A model generated the notes under the pieces. It searched no databases, had not been told where the DNA came from, and saw only the letters and a list, made by a program, of their open reading frames with translations. The position numbers and the translations under genes are program-made. Of a DNA stretch of 64,000 bases, positions 10,315-20,248 are shown one piece after another (the stretch's first letter is position 1; every line of letters begins with the position of its first letter). Where the stretch lies: positions 12,017 to 76,016 of the forward strand of contig JAUYPI010000006.1 of the NCBI GenBank assembly GCA_030697645.1, written 5' to 3'. This DNA comes from a bacterium (GTDB taxonomy: Bacteria > Patescibacteriota > Minisyncoccia > Phycocordibacterales > VMGT01).

Positions 10315-10749
10315 ATGGGCAAAAAACGCATCATCAAAAAAAGCGGCGGGGGTTATGACAGCGGACTTAAATCCCGTGCGCTCTCTCGTGTGGCAAAACG
10401 ACAGATCGAAAAGGGAGTGCTGCATATCCAGTCCACCTACAATAATACGCTCCTCACGCTCGCCGAGGCATCGGGTGCGGTGCTCTGCGCCTCGTCGAGC
10501 GGCGCGCTCGGCTTCAAGGGCGCGCGCAAAGGGACGCCCTATGCGGCGGCAAAGGTCGGTGAGCTTATCGGCGAGAAAGCGGTGCAGATGGGAATGCGAG
10601 ATGCAGACATTATAGTGAAGGGCGTTGGTGCAGGCCGAGAGTCGTCCGTCCGCGGCTTCATTTCGCGCGGGATCAGCATTAGCAGTCTTCGGGATGCAAC
10701 GCCCGTACCTTTCAACGGCCCGCGGCCGCCGAAGCCGAGAAGGGTGTAG
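10315..10749 (+). CDS. rpsK: Ribosomal protein S11
   Basis: 144 aa. GVLHIQSTYNNTLLTL ... GFKGARKGTPYAA ... VKGVGAGRES. Confidence 0.9.
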   Translation: MGKKRIIKKSGGGYDSGLKSRALSRVAKRQIEKGVLHIQSTYNNTLLTLAEASGAVLCASSSGALGFKGARKGTPYAAAKVGELIGEKAVQMGMRDADIIVKGVGAGRESSVRGFISRGISISSLRDATPVPFNGPRPPKPRRV

Positions 10750-10752
10750 CAC

Positions 10753-10888
10753 GAAATTTCCAATTTTCAATTTTACAATTTCCAATCAATTTTCAATGTG
10801 TCAATGATGCAATGACGGACGACGTCGTGTTTGAAAATTGGGTCATTGCAAAATTGATTGAAAATTGAAAATTGAGACTTGAAAATTA
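10753..10888. repeat. E-family palindromic spacer, copy 4 (inverted orientation)
   Basis: Reads caatgacggacgacgtcgtgtttgaaaattggg, the reverse complement of the core in the other copies. Confidence 0.85.
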
Positions 10889-10909
10889 AGTATACGAGAC
10901 ATCTACTTC

Positions 10910-11545
10910 ATGAAACTCGGACCAAAGTATAAAATTTGTAAGCGTTTAGGTCCCGACGTCTTTGAGAAATGCCAGACGCCGCGGTTTGCGCTGGTCGCGA
11001 GCCGCGCTCCGAAGACGAAGCGAGGTGGAAAGCGAGGCGGGAGGCCGTCTCGAACGGATTACGGCAAACACATGCTTGAAAAGCAGCGTGTGCGGTTTAC
11101 TTATGGCCTCTCGGAGCGGCAGTTTGCGCGCTATGTCAAAGAGTCGGCGCGACCGGCCGGCGCGAAGCCTGCAGAGGCGCTCTACCGGCGGATTGAGTCG
11201 CGTCTCGACAATATCGTGTACCGTCTGTCTCTTGCGCGCACGAGAGCACAGGCGCGCCAGCTCGTCTCGCACGGCCTCATTACGGTGAACGACCGGAAAA
11301 TGAGCAGCCCGTCGTATGCGGTGCGAGTCGGCGAGCGGATAGGGGTCAAGCAGAGCAAGCGCGATCTCGGTGTCTTTGCTTCCCGCGGCCGAGGTGCTGA
11401 AGGAGAAGGCATTGTGATGCCCCCGGCGTGGCTCACGTTCGACGGCGCGAAAATGGAAGGAGTTGTGAGCGCCTTGCCTGCCGCGGAGAATGCCGGAGCG
11501 CAGTCGCTTGATTTGCAGGCGGTGATTGAGTTTTATAGCAGATGA
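10910..11545 (+). CDS. rpsD: Ribosomal protein S4
   Basis: 211 aa. MKLGPKYKICKRLG, YGLSERQFARY, S4 domain LDNIVYRLSLARTRAQARQLVSHGLITVN. Confidence 0.9.
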   Translation: MKLGPKYKICKRLGPDVFEKCQTPRFALVASRAPKTKRGGKRGGRPSRTDYGKHMLEKQRVRFTYGLSERQFARYVKESARPAGAKPAEALYRRIESRLDNIVYRLSLARTRAQARQLVSHGLITVNDRKMSSPSYAVRVGERIGVKQSKRDLGVFASRGRGAEGEGIVMPPAWLTFDGAKMEGVVSALPAAENAGAQSLDLQAVIEFYSR

Positions 11546-11547
11546 TG

Positions 11548-11675
11548 AAATTTTCAAGGCTCAATTTTTAATTTTCAATCAATTTTCAATGAACTAATTT
11601 TCAAACACGATGTCGTCCGTCGTTGAGTCATTGAAACATTGAAAATTTATTGAAAATTGCAAAATTGAAAATTCT
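11548..11675. repeat. E-family palindromic spacer, copy 5
   Basis: Same word structure with a slightly degenerate core cacgatgtcgtccgtc. Confidence 0.8.
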
Positions 11676-11751
11676 CAAGTCACCATGGTAATTTGACACC
11701 TCAAATTTTAAGTGTATAATTTATTTTGTTTACTAACCTACTTTTATTTTT

Positions 11752-12762
11752 ATGCCAGACTACACTATTGCGCTGCCGTCAAAACCACGGGTCGTCTTTG
11801 AAGAGGGAATGAGCGGCATGTATGAGATAGACGGCCTTTATCCAGGCTATGGACATACGCTTGGCAATTCGCTTCGGCGTATTATCCTCTCGTCGCTCCC
11901 CGGGGCGGCCATAACGCACATCAAGATCGAAGGGGTACCGCACGAATTTTCGACGATCGAGGGCGTCAAGGAGGACGTCGTCGCACTCACCCTAAATCTC
12001 AAACGCCTCCGGCTCTCGCTCGCCGGAGACGAGCCGCAGACGATGACCCTGAAGGTGAAAGGGCCGCGAGAAGTCATGGGTGCCGATATTGTGGCACCCG
12101 GGCAGGTTACCATATTGAATCCCGAGCTCCACATCGCAGAGGTGACGGCAAAGACGACGCTTGAGATGGAGCTCACCGTGGAGCGGGGGCTCGGGTATGT
12201 GCCAAAGGAGGTGCTTGAGAAAGAGCGCGTCGAGATCGGGACACTGACGCCGGATGCGATTTTTACTCCGATCCGCCGCGTCAACTACGAGGTGGAAAAT
12301 ATGCGCGTCGGCGATCGCACCGACTTCAATCGGCTGCGGGTCTTTGTTGAAACGGACGGGACGCTCACGCCGCGCGAAGCGCTCGAGCAGTCGATTGAGA
12401 TCATGATCCACCAACTCAAGGCAGTGATCGGCTTTGAGGAGAAGGAGGAAGATGAGACAGAGAGCGCAGATGAGACGATGCGTGGCGAACCCGCTCTTCC
12501 GCGCGGCGAGTCCGAGAACCCTGAGAAGCGGAGCGTCGCGGCGCACGAGGAGCTCGATAAAGAATTTTTGAAAACTCGTATCGAAACGCTTGACGGCCTC
12601 TCTGCCCGCACAGCGCACGCGCTCTCTGAGGCGAACATTCGAACCGTCGGCGGACTCGTACGCAAGAAGGCGGAAGACCTGCTTGCACTCGAGGGGATCG
12701 GGGAGAAAGCGATTGAGGAGATTAGAGACGTGCTTGCGAAAAACGGAGTAACGTTGAAGTGA
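11752..12762 (+). CDS. rpoA: DNA-directed RNA polymerase alpha subunit
   Basis: 336 aa. N-terminal dimerisation-domain pattern (GHTLGNSLRRILLSS) and a C-terminal HhH-like CTD. A TATAAT box at 11716-11721 lies upstream. Confidence 0.9.
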   Translation: MPDYTIALPSKPRVVFEEGMSGMYEIDGLYPGYGHTLGNSLRRIILSSLPGAAITHIKIEGVPHEFSTIEGVKEDVVALTLNLKRLRLSLAGDEPQTMTLKVKGPREVMGADIVAPGQVTILNPELHIAEVTAKTTLEMELTVERGLGYVPKEVLEKERVEIGTLTPDAIFTPIRRVNYEVENMRVGDRTDFNRLRVFVETDGTLTPREALEQSIEIMIHQLKAVIGFEEKEEDETESADETMRGEPALPRGESENPEKRSVAAHEELDKEFLKTRIETLDGLSARTAHALSEANIRTVGGLVRKKAEDLLALEGIGEKAIEEIRDVLAKNGVTLK

Positions 12763-12765
12763 TAT

Positions 12766-13323
12766 ATGCAGGAAAGAATTCCTTTGGAAAAAGTTGGGGA
12801 TGGATCCGAAATATCGAGACAGGAACCTCTCGGGATACTTTCTATTGGTAGTAATTGGACGGAATCTAGCGGCAGGCCGCTCGAAGAAGGAGAATCTCAG
12901 TTCTTTCACTCTACGTATGCATATAATATAAGTCCGGAACAATATCGGGACATTCTCGAAAAAGAAGAGTTTGTACTAGATCGACGGATGTTTGTTGACC
13001 CTATCCCACAAACCGGCTACGGACAGGTTCCCAATGTGGAGATGCGTACGTATAAAGAAAATCCGGACGAGCTTATACTTTTTCGTTTTATTACAAAAGA
13101 TGAAGAGCCGTTTCTTAAGATACAGGCCGAAGGACTTGATCTTAAGGATATAGGGAAAAAAGAAGGGCTGGTTGGAGGACCAGAAAAACGATTCGACCCT
13201 AATTATTTAGGGTATGCACTAAAATTAAGAAAAGTAGGCGAGGAACAATTGGGTGGTTACAAATTTCCTCATAGAGTTGTCACGTTTGAAGTTGTAGAGC
13301 GAATGCCTATTATTCCTGAATAA
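12766..13323 (+). CDS. Hypothetical acidic protein inserted between rpoA and rplQ
   Basis: 185-aa ORF starting 3 nt after the rpoA stop. Visibly lower GC than its neighbours. No family recognised. Confidence 0.5.
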   Translation: MQERIPLEKVGDGSEISRQEPLGILSIGSNWTESSGRPLEEGESQFFHSTYAYNISPEQYRDILEKEEFVLDRRMFVDPIPQTGYGQVPNVEMRTYKENPDELILFRFITKDEEPFLKIQAEGLDLKDIGKKEGLVGGPEKRFDPNYLGYALKLRKVGEEQLGGYKFPHRVVTFEVVERMPIIPE

Positions 13324-13386
13324 TTTTTAGCTTTTAGCGCTAGGTTTTTAGTGCTACTGTGTTAGTCCTCTAAAAGCTAATAGTCT
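13324..13386. repeat. AGCTTTTAG-family (heptamer-word) spacer, short copy
   Basis: tttttagcttttagcgctag ... cctctaaaagctaatag directly upstream of the rplQ ATG. Confidence 0.6.
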
Positions 13387-13740
13387 ATGCGTCACCACAA
13401 CAGAATCAAAAAATTCGGCCGCGTCGCGCGGCAGCGGAGAGCACTGATCTCCTCGCTCGCCTCATCCCTCATTCGTCATGAGAAGATCACGACGACCGAG
13501 GCGAAAGCAAAGGAGCTTCGGCCATTTATTGAGCGCCTCATCACCGTTGCGCGGCAGGGCACACTCGCCGCGAGGCGAACGACCCTTGCGCGACTTGGCG
13601 GAGAGAGTGTCGCTGCGCGTCGGCTCATGAGCTCTGTTGCCTCGCGCTATCTCTCTCGACCCGGGGGCTACACGCGCATCACAAAACTGCGTGCGCGCAC
13701 CAGCGACAGGGCACCGCAGGCGCGCATTGAATTTGTATGA
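13387..13740 (+). CDS. rplQ: Ribosomal protein L17
   Basis: 117 aa. MRHHNRIKKFGR ... LITHEKITTTEAKAKELRPFIERLIT. Confidence 0.9.
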   Translation: MRHHNRIKKFGRVARQRRALISSLASSLIRHEKITTTEAKAKELRPFIERLITVARQGTLAARRTTLARLGGESVAARRLMSSVASRYLSRPGGYTRITKLRARTSDRAPQARIEFV

Positions 13741-14108
13741 CAGCCACTGATCAGACACTCTATACAATCGACGCCCGAGCACAGCGTCTCGGGCGGGTTG
13801 CCGCCGATGCGGCGCGCGTCCTTATGGGCAAACACACGCCCCACTACGAGCGCAATCGGATAAACGGGCAGCGCGTACGCATCGAGCACGCGGCAGCACT
13901 CCAGATTGACGAGCGAAAAAAGAAGCATACAATATATTCGCGCCACTCGGGCTATCCGGGCTCGCTCAAGCGCGTAACGCTCGCCGCGATCGAGACGAAG
14001 CGCGGTCGAGAGCGTGCATACAGCGAGGCGCTCCGTCGGGCAGTCTACGGCATGCTGCCGAAGAACAAGCTGAGGCCGAGGATGATGAAACGGCTTGAAA
14101 TCATATAG
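13737..14108 (+). CDS. rplM: Ribosomal protein L13
   Basis: 123 aa. LGRVAADAARVLMGKH ... YSRHSGYPGSLK. Overlaps the rplQ stop by 4 nt. Confidence 0.85.
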   Translation: MTATDQTLYTIDARAQRLGRVAADAARVLMGKHTPHYERNRINGQRVRIEHAAALQIDERKKKHTIYSRHSGYPGSLKRVTLAAIETKRGRERAYSEALRRAVYGMLPKNKLRPRMMKRLEII

Positions 14109-14172
14109 AGAAAATGATGTAGAGACACGCAGCAAGCAGAACGTCCTCAGCATCAAAACCTAAATGCCGATA

Positions 14173-14284
14173 AAATTTTCAATTATCAATTTTCAATTTT
14201 CAATCAATTTTCAATTTCTCAATTTTTCAAACACAACGCCGACGTCGTCCATTGAAAATTGTAAAATTGAAAATTGAAAATTTA
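14173..14284. repeat. E-family palindromic spacer, copy 6
   Basis: aattttcaat words, core CGACGTCG at 14240-14247, short right arm ending 6 nt before the rpsI ATG. Confidence 0.8.
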
Positions 14285-14290
14285 AACTGT

Positions 14291-14713
14291 ATGCCTTCCT
14301 CAACCACCCCCAAACCCAAGAAATCCGACCGCTACATCGAGGCAGTTGGCCGCCGCAAGACGGCGATTGCGCGCGTGCGGATCTCACCTGCTTCAAAAAC
14401 GAACGTCTTGATCAACGACCGCTCGATCGAATCGTACTTTCCAGTGGCCACCCTTGCGCAGAGTGTCCTCTCGCCGCTTGCGCTCGCGCCGTCGGCGCAT
14501 TTTAGCGTAAGCGTCCATGTTGTCGGCGGGGGCATTCGCGGCCAGGCAGAGGCGGTGCGCCACGGTATCGCGCGCGCGCTCACGCTCTCGAGCGCTGATC
14601 TCCGGACCCCTCTGAAGCGCGCTGGATTTCTCACGCGTGATCCTCGTGCCAAGGAGCGGCGCAAATTCGGGCTCAAAAAAGCGCGCAAGGCACCGCAATG
14701 GAGTAAACGATAG
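14291..14713 (+). CDS. rpsI: Ribosomal protein S9
   Basis: YIEAVGRRKTAIARV ... GGGIRGQAEAVRHGIARAL ... RDPRAKERRKFGLKKARKAPQWSKR. The tracked start at 14252 is inside the repeat, so ATG 14291 is preferred. Confidence 0.9.
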   Translation: MPSSTTPKPKKSDRYIEAVGRRKTAIARVRISPASKTNVLINDRSIESYFPVATLAQSVLSPLALAPSAHFSVSVHVVGGGIRGQAEAVRHGIARALTLSSADLRTPLKRAGFLTRDPRAKERRKFGLKKARKAPQWSKR

Positions 14714-14766
14714 TTTACTCCATTGCGGGCGAAGGGGGTCGGGGAAACTGTAGTTTAGTTCCCTCT

Positions 14767-14887
14767 AAATTTTCAATTATCAATTTTCAATCAATTTTGC
14801 AATGAATCAATTTTCAAACACGACGTCGTCCGTCACTCAGTCATTGAAACGTTGAAAATTCATTGAAAATTGCAAAATTGAAAATTA
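14767..14887. repeat. E-family palindromic spacer, copy 7
   Basis: Same architecture, core cgacgtcg at 14821-14828. Ends 9 nt before the grpE ATG. Confidence 0.85.
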
Positions 14888-14896
14888 GACAATCCT

Positions 14897-15469
14897 ATGT
14901 CCGATACAGATCCAGAAAATGCACGAGACGAAACAATAGATATCATATCGGAAGAGGAAGAGCAGAATTCCTCCGTCCTGATCCAAAAGCTCCGTGGTAA
15001 GTTGAAGCTCTGCGAGGCCGAGCGGCACGAGTACCTCACTGGCTGGCAGCGGGCGAAAGCGGACTTGGTGAATGCACGAAAGGATGAAGAGCGCGAGCGC
15101 GCCACGTTTGTGCGTTTTGCTGCAGAGCGGCTGGTTCGCGACCTCCTGCCGGTGCTCGAGAGCTTTGAGATGGCGTTCTCAAATCCAGGATGGGAGCAGG
15201 CACCACTTGAGTGGCGGCAAGGCATCGAGCACATCCACGCGCAGCTCGTCGCAGTACTTGAGCGCAGCGGCCTTGGGCAAGTACGTCCAGAGATCGGAGA
15301 AAAATTTGACCCTACGCAACACGAATCGGCGGGCGAGACTCCAGTCGAGAGCGCGGAGCAAGATCACGAGATCGTCTCCGTTGTTCGACGCGGCTACCGA
15401 CTGTATGATAAGCTGATACAGCCCGCGAGAGTCATGGTTGGCATATCAGGCGATACGCATGAACATTAA
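14897..15469 (+). CDS. grpE: Nucleotide exchange factor GrpE
   Basis: 190 aa. Coiled-coil N-terminus, then LLPVLESFEMA and a GYRLYDKLIQPARV C-terminal beta domain. Precedes dnaK. Confidence 0.85.
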   Translation: MSDTDPENARDETIDIISEEEEQNSSVLIQKLRGKLKLCEAERHEYLTGWQRAKADLVNARKDEERERATFVRFAAERLVRDLLPVLESFEMAFSNPGWEQAPLEWRQGIEHIHAQLVAVLERSGLGQVRPEIGEKFDPTQHESAGETPVESAEQDHEIVSVVRRGYRLYDKLIQPARVMVGISGDTHEH

Positions 15470-15500
15470 AAGCAGAACGGAACACGCCTCCGAGTCATCT

Positions 15501-15648
15501 AATTTCCAATTTTCAATTTTGCAATTTTCAATCAATTTTCAATTATCCAATTTTCAAACACGACGCCGACGACGTCCGTCATTGAGTCATTGAAACATTG
15601 AAAATTCATTGGAAATTGAAAATTGTAAATTGAAAATTAAGAAATAAT
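15501..15648. repeat. E-family palindromic spacer, copy 8
   Basis: Same architecture with a duplicated core cacgacgccgacgacgtccgtc. Confidence 0.85.
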
Positions 15649-15662
15649 TTTAAAACTAAACT

Positions 15663-17570
15663 ATGAGTAAAATAATCGGCATTGATCTCGGCACGACATT
15701 CTCGGCGGTTGCGGTCGTCGAGGGCGGTGAGCCGCGGATTATTGAGAACGCAGAGGGCGCGCGCACGACGCCTTCGATTGCCGCGCTCTCGAAGACTGGC
15801 GAGCGACTCGTCGGGCTCATTGCTAAGCGTCAGGCAGTAACGAACCCGAAAAATACGATCTACGGCATCAAGCGCTTTATCGGCCACCGCTTCGACGAGC
15901 AGGAAGTACAGAAAGACAAAGGCTCGGTGCCCTTCGAGGTACGACGCTCCGAGAGCGGCGGTGTTGAGGTGAAGCAGGGGGAGAAGTGGTACCGGCCGGA
16001 GGAAGTGTCCGCGATGATCCTCCAGAAGTTGAAGGCCGACGCCGAGGCCAAGCTCGGCGGCCCGATCACCGAGGCTATAATCACGGTGCCCGCATACTTC
16101 AACGACTCTCAGCGCAAAGCGACGCAGGATGCGGGGCGGATCGCGGGGCTCGATGTCAAGCGCATCATCAACGAGCCGACCGCGGCCGCGCTCGCCTATG
16201 GCTTCAATAAGAAAAAGGAAGAGAAGATTGTCGTGTTCGACTTCGGCGGCGGCACGTTCGACGTCTCGGTGCTCGAGGTCGGCGACGACGTGGTTGAGGT
16301 GAAGTCAACGGATGGCGACGCGCACATGGGCGGCAAGGATATCGACCAGAAGATAATCCACTGGATTGCGGACGAGTACCGCAAACAGAGCGGCATTGAT
16401 GTCCGCGCCGATCCTCTGGCGCTCCAGCGACTCGACGAAGCGGCGGAGAAAGTAAAGCACGAGCTCTCCTCGACGACCCAGAGCGAGATCAATATCCCGT
16501 TTATCACTTCGGATAGCTCGGGCCCCAAACACCTTCTTATGAATATGACGCGCGCTACGCTCGAGGAGCTTGCACGGGAGTACATTGACCGCTCGATCGA
16601 GATTGCGAAGCGCGCGATGGATGCCTCGCCGTTTAAGATCAATGAAATTGACGAGGTGATTCTCGTCGGGGGACAGACGCGCATGCCCGCAATCGAGGAA
16701 GCAGTGAAAAAGTTTTTCGGCAAAGAGCCAAACAAATCGATCAATCCTGACGAAGTCGTTGCGCTCGGCGCAGCGATCCAGGGCGGGATTCTCCGCGGCG
16801 AGGTGAAAGACGTGCTCCTCCTTGATGTGATTCCGCTCTCACTCGGTATTGAAACTATGGGAAACATCGCGACAAAATTGATCGAGCGCAACACGACCAT
16901 TCCGACCTCCCGGACACAGGTGTTTTCGACCGCTGCTGATAACCAGACCAGCGTCGAAATCCACGTCGTGCAGGGCGAGCGGGCCATGGCCGCGGACAAC
17001 AAATCGCTCGGCCGCTTCATTCTCGACGGGCTCCCTCCGGCTCCCCGCGGCATGCCCCAGGTTGAGGTAACATTCGACGTTGACGCAAACGGCATCCTCA
17101 ACGTGACCGCGCGCGACAAGGCGAGTGGAAAGGCGCAATCAATCCGCATCGAGGCTCGCTCAGGGCTCACCGAGGCCGATATCGAGCGGATGAGAAAAGA
17201 CGCAGAGAGCCATGGCGAGGATGATCGACGCAAGCGGGAGGAGGCAGAGGCGCGCAACAGCGCCGAGCAGCTGATTTACACCGCGGAGAAGGCGCTCCGC
17301 GACGCGGGGGACAAGGTTGACAGCGCGGTGAAAACCGCAGTCGAGGAGAAACTCGCGGCGCTGAAAAAAGCGCGCGATGAAAACAACATCGATGGCATGA
17401 AATCCGCAACCGCAGCGCTCTCGCAAGAAATTTCAAAAATCGGCGAGCAAATGTATAAAGCGCAACAAGAGCAGCAGAAGGGAAGTGAGAGCGACAAGAA
17501 GGACGATGGGGGAGGGGTGAGGGATGCGGAGTTTAAGGAGAAGGGAGACGATACGAGCGACAAGCAGTAA
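15663..17570 (+). CDS. dnaK: Chaperone DnaK (Hsp70)
   Basis: 635 aa. [38 protein letters not shown]. Confidence 0.95.
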   Translation: MSKIIGIDLGTTFSAVAVVEGGEPRIIENAEGARTTPSIAALSKTGERLVGLIAKRQAVTNPKNTIYGIKRFIGHRFDEQEVQKDKGSVPFEVRRSESGGVEVKQGEKWYRPEEVSAMILQKLKADAEAKLGGPITEAIITVPAYFNDSQRKATQDAGRIAGLDVKRIINEPTAAALAYGFNKKKEEKIVVFDFGGGTFDVSVLEVGDDVVEVKSTDGDAHMGGKDIDQKIIHWIADEYRKQSGIDVRADPLALQRLDEAAEKVKHELSSTTQSEINIPFITSDSSGPKHLLMNMTRATLEELAREYIDRSIEIAKRAMDASPFKINEIDEVILVGGQTRMPAIEEAVKKFFGKEPNKSINPDEVVALGAAIQGGILRGEVKDVLLLDVIPLSLGIETMGNIATKLIERNTTIPTSRTQVFSTAADNQTSVEIHVVQGERAMAADNKSLGRFILDGLPPAPRGMPQVEVTFDVDANGILNVTARDKASGKAQSIRIEARSGLTEADIERMRKDAESHGEDDRRKREEAEARNSAEQLIYTAEKALRDAGDKVDSAVKTAVEEKLAALKKARDENNIDGMKSATAALSQEISKIGEQMYKAQQEQQKGSESDKKDDGGGVRDAEFKEKGDDTSDKQ

Positions 17571-17597
17571 GCAGCATGCGGCAAGCACACGGTTCCC

Positions 17598-17710
17598 AGC
17601 TTTTAGCTGTTAGCTTATAGCTTTTAGCACGGACGGCGGAGCCTCTCAAAAGCTAACAGCGTTATAAGTTTTCCAGCCCTTTGGGCGCAAAGGGCTATGG
17701 CTAAAAGCTC
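17598..17710. repeat. AGCTTTTAG-family palindromic spacer
   Basis: cagcttttagctgttagcttatagcttttagc ... aaaagctaacagc ... ggctaaaagct. Ends 2 nt before the dnaJ ATG. Confidence 0.75.
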
Positions 17711-17712
17711 GT

Positions 17713-18798
17713 ATGAAAGATTACTATACAATCCTTGGAGTTCCGCGGGGTTCGTCCAAAGACGACATCAAAAAGGCGTTTCGGAAGCTCGCGCATAAGT
17801 ATCACCCGGACAAGACGGGCGGGGACGCGACGAGGTTCAAAGAGGCGAGCGAGGCGTATGCAGTGCTCTCCGACGACAAGAAACGCGGCGAGTATGACGT
17901 CTACGGCCGCGTGTTCTCCGAAGGAGGGCCGAGCGGCCCGCAGGGCGCGCCGAGCGGTTTTGACTTTAACGACTTTGCGCGTGCCTTTAGCGGCTTCAAG
18001 GAGTTTGAGGACATTGACCTCGGCGACCTCTTCGGCGATATTTTTGGTTTCTCTGGCGGCGCGCGCCGAGGAGCGCCGCGCGGCCGCGACATCTCGATAG
18101 ACGTCGAGATCTCATTTGCGGACTCGGTTTTCGGCGTCGAGCGCAAGCTGCTCCTCACGAAAACGTCGAGCTGCAGTGAATGCTCTGGCTCCGGCGCCAA
18201 GCGAGGGAGCGAAACCATCTCCTGCAGCGCCTGCAACGGCAAGGGAAAGATACATGAGACGCGCCGATCATTCTTCGGTACGTTCACGTCGGTGAGCAGC
18301 TGCAGCGCCTGCCACGGCAGCGGGACAATGCCAAAAGATAAATGCAGCGCCTGCAGAGGGGCGGGCGTACGCCGCGCGCAGGAGGAGATCGCGATTACCA
18401 TCCCGCCGGGGATCGAGAGCGGCGAGATGATCCGACTCACCGGCGCAGGGGAGGCAGTGCCGGGAGGCGTCGCGGGCGACCTCTATGTGAAAATTCATGT
18501 ACAAAAGCATCCGCGCTTCCGCAAAGAAGGCGCGAACCTTGAAACGGACCTCAGCGTGAAGCTCACCGACGCGCTCCTCGGTGCGAGCTATACACTCCCG
18601 ACACTCGAGGGCGACATCGAAGTCACGATTCCCGAAGGCATTACGCACGGGGAGATTCTCCGCGTGCGCGGCAAGGGCATTCCTCTTGACCGCTCTCGCC
18701 GCGGCGACCTCCTCATCACGATCAAGATCCAATTCCCCACGCGTCTTTCAAAAAAATCCCGCGCAGCGCTTGAGGAGTTGCGTAGAGAGGGCATCTAA
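17713..18798 (+). CDS. dnaJ: Co-chaperone DnaJ
   Basis: 361 aa. J domain with HPD (KYHPDK), G/F region, four CxxCxGxG zinc-finger repeats. Confidence 0.9.
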   Translation: MKDYYTILGVPRGSSKDDIKKAFRKLAHKYHPDKTGGDATRFKEASEAYAVLSDDKKRGEYDVYGRVFSEGGPSGPQGAPSGFDFNDFARAFSGFKEFEDIDLGDLFGDIFGFSGGARRGAPRGRDISIDVEISFADSVFGVERKLLLTKTSSCSECSGSGAKRGSETISCSACNGKGKIHETRRSFFGTFTSVSSCSACHGSGTMPKDKCSACRGAGVRRAQEEIAITIPPGIESGEMIRLTGAGEAVPGGVAGDLYVKIHVQKHPRFRKEGANLETDLSVKLTDALLGASYTLPTLEGDIEVTIPEGITHGEILRVRGKGIPLDRSRRGDLLITIKIQFPTRLSKKSRAALEELRREGI

Positions 18799-18915
18799 GC
18801 AAAAAAGAAGACCCCACAGCGCAAAGTGCGAAAACCCCCGTATTCAAGTATGCTCGCTTGAATACGGGGTTTGCTCTGTCCCAGCTCCACCTACATAGGC
18901 TTGATCTCGATAACG

Positions 18916-20202
18916 TTAGAGGCTACATGCTACAAAGAACTGTTCAATCGATGTAGACCAACGGGCTGTATGCATGCAGTAAAATTGCGGACCGTCAGGA
19001 ACATGTTTGTCAACGATCGTGCGTAACTCGGCGCCCGTAATAGATGCCGCGGCGAGTTGCCCCTCGGCGGTGAGCAGTTTTCCTAGATGCCGTAGAGTGC
19101 CGTAGGTAGACCCGCGATCTCGACGGAAATCCTCGATGGAACAGCCCGTATGCGCACGAAGCGTCTCCGGCGTGATCGAGCTCGACTCAAGGAGATTAGC
19201 TAGGCAGTCGAGGAGGCCCGGCACATGCAAAAAGAATGATGGGAAGCGGTACGCTGCCGCTCCCCGATTGATGCGTATCAGCGTTCCTCGATCGCCGAAC
19301 AGAGCACTCGACGGTTCAAAGCGTGGTAATCGCTCGCCCTCCGTCGTGCAGAGCGTGAGCGTTGTTTCAATGAATTCCGGCCGTAAGATACCAGTCAGAA
19401 ATTTAAACTTCCGTTTTTGTCCGCGGAAGAACACCTTGTGGAAGAGCGCGAAGCAGTGCGCCATGCAGCGATGTTTATACGGAAGCCGCGTATTCGTTTC
19501 GACAGCGCAGAAAGGGGGGATGCCGCAGAGCCGCGACATGGTGACAATGGTCCGCATGAATTCTGGATCGCCGTGGTACAGCTCGTCGCGAAACAATGAA
19601 GCGAGCTCGCCACTCACATGGCACACTTCGGTAAAGTCTGATGTCCCATACGGCTCCCCACGCCCCGGAATAAACCGCATACTCACCCATTCCTCTATCA
19701 AAGGCGGACTGTGTTCAATACCGTGCCCCGCGGGTTCCATCGCATGCGGCTCGCGAATTTCACCGTAGAGCGGGTACTCGACATTGAGCAGGTACACGAG
19801 GCTTTTGGTATCGAACTCGTCGAGCGGCGGGCAATCGCCGTAGCGATTATACGAGCTGCGGCAGGCGAGTGTCAGACGGAGTGCGGATTCGTTGGTCCAG
19901 CATGGATCGTAGAGTGGCTTCGCCACATATATGGTTAACGTCGTGTGCCCGAACCGCTCGCATGCACACGGCGTCAGTGATTCTCTACATTCACGGCCAA
20001 GAGCGATGACTTGTTCCAGTGGGGGCTGCGGTACTATGGAAACGTATAGCTCACTCTGCTGCGGCAAAAGGTAGGGAACTGTGCGCATGTGGTGTCCTTT
20101 CTTTTGATTATGGGTAGCATACAAGAACGGCCCGTGGCCATCTTTTTTGGAACTCGTGTCTGGTCTGAGATACAGTCTAGAGTGCCGAGATTCATTTGTC
20201 AA
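18916..20202 (-). CDS. Hypothetical protein (faint LuxI/FeeM-type N-acyltransferase-like pattern)
   Basis: 428-aa ORF; the start could be the internal MRTVPYLL at 20088. DEFDTKSLVYLL, VSMRFIPG and TMSRLCG loosely recall autoinducer/N-acyl-amino-acid synthase motifs. Very tentative. Confidence 0.45.
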   Translation of the reverse strand: MTNESRHSRLYLRPDTSSKKDGHGPFLYATHNQKKGHHMRTVPYLLPQQSELYVSIVPQPPLEQVIALGRECRESLTPCACERFGHTTLTIYVAKPLYDPCWTNESALRLTLACRSSYNRYGDCPPLDEFDTKSLVYLLNVEYPLYGEIREPHAMEPAGHGIEHSPPLIEEWVSMRFIPGRGEPYGTSDFTEVCHVSGELASLFRDELYHGDPEFMRTIVTMSRLCGIPPFCAVETNTRLPYKHRCMAHCFALFHKVFFRGQKRKFKFLTGILRPEFIETTLTLCTTEGERLPRFEPSSALFGDRGTLIRINRGAAAYRFPSFFLHVPGLLDCLANLLESSSITPETLRAHTGCSIEDFRRDRGSTYGTLRHLGKLLTAEGQLAAASITGAELRTIVDKHVPDGPQFYCMHTARWSTSIEQFFVACSL

Positions 20203-20248
20203 AAATATGCACTGGCACCTTTCGCTTTCGTGAGTTTATGGCTATCAT

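Noticed and set aside
10252-10785. 177-aa minus-strand ORF and similar ORFs spanning the repeats (15606..15887, 34814..35035, 37562..37999, 31264..31539)
   Set aside because: They are antisense to well-supported ribosomal or chaperone genes, or are read through palindromic spacers. They start or end in repeat words (KLKIGNF, FQFSIFNQF), which is typical of repeat translation artefacts.
7581-15648. Possible CRISPR arrays in the AATTTTCAAT-rich spacers
   Set aside because: The repeated words are only ~10 nt and degenerate. They are arranged as two complementary arms around a core, not as 23-nt or longer constant repeats with unique spacers. No cas genes are in the window.
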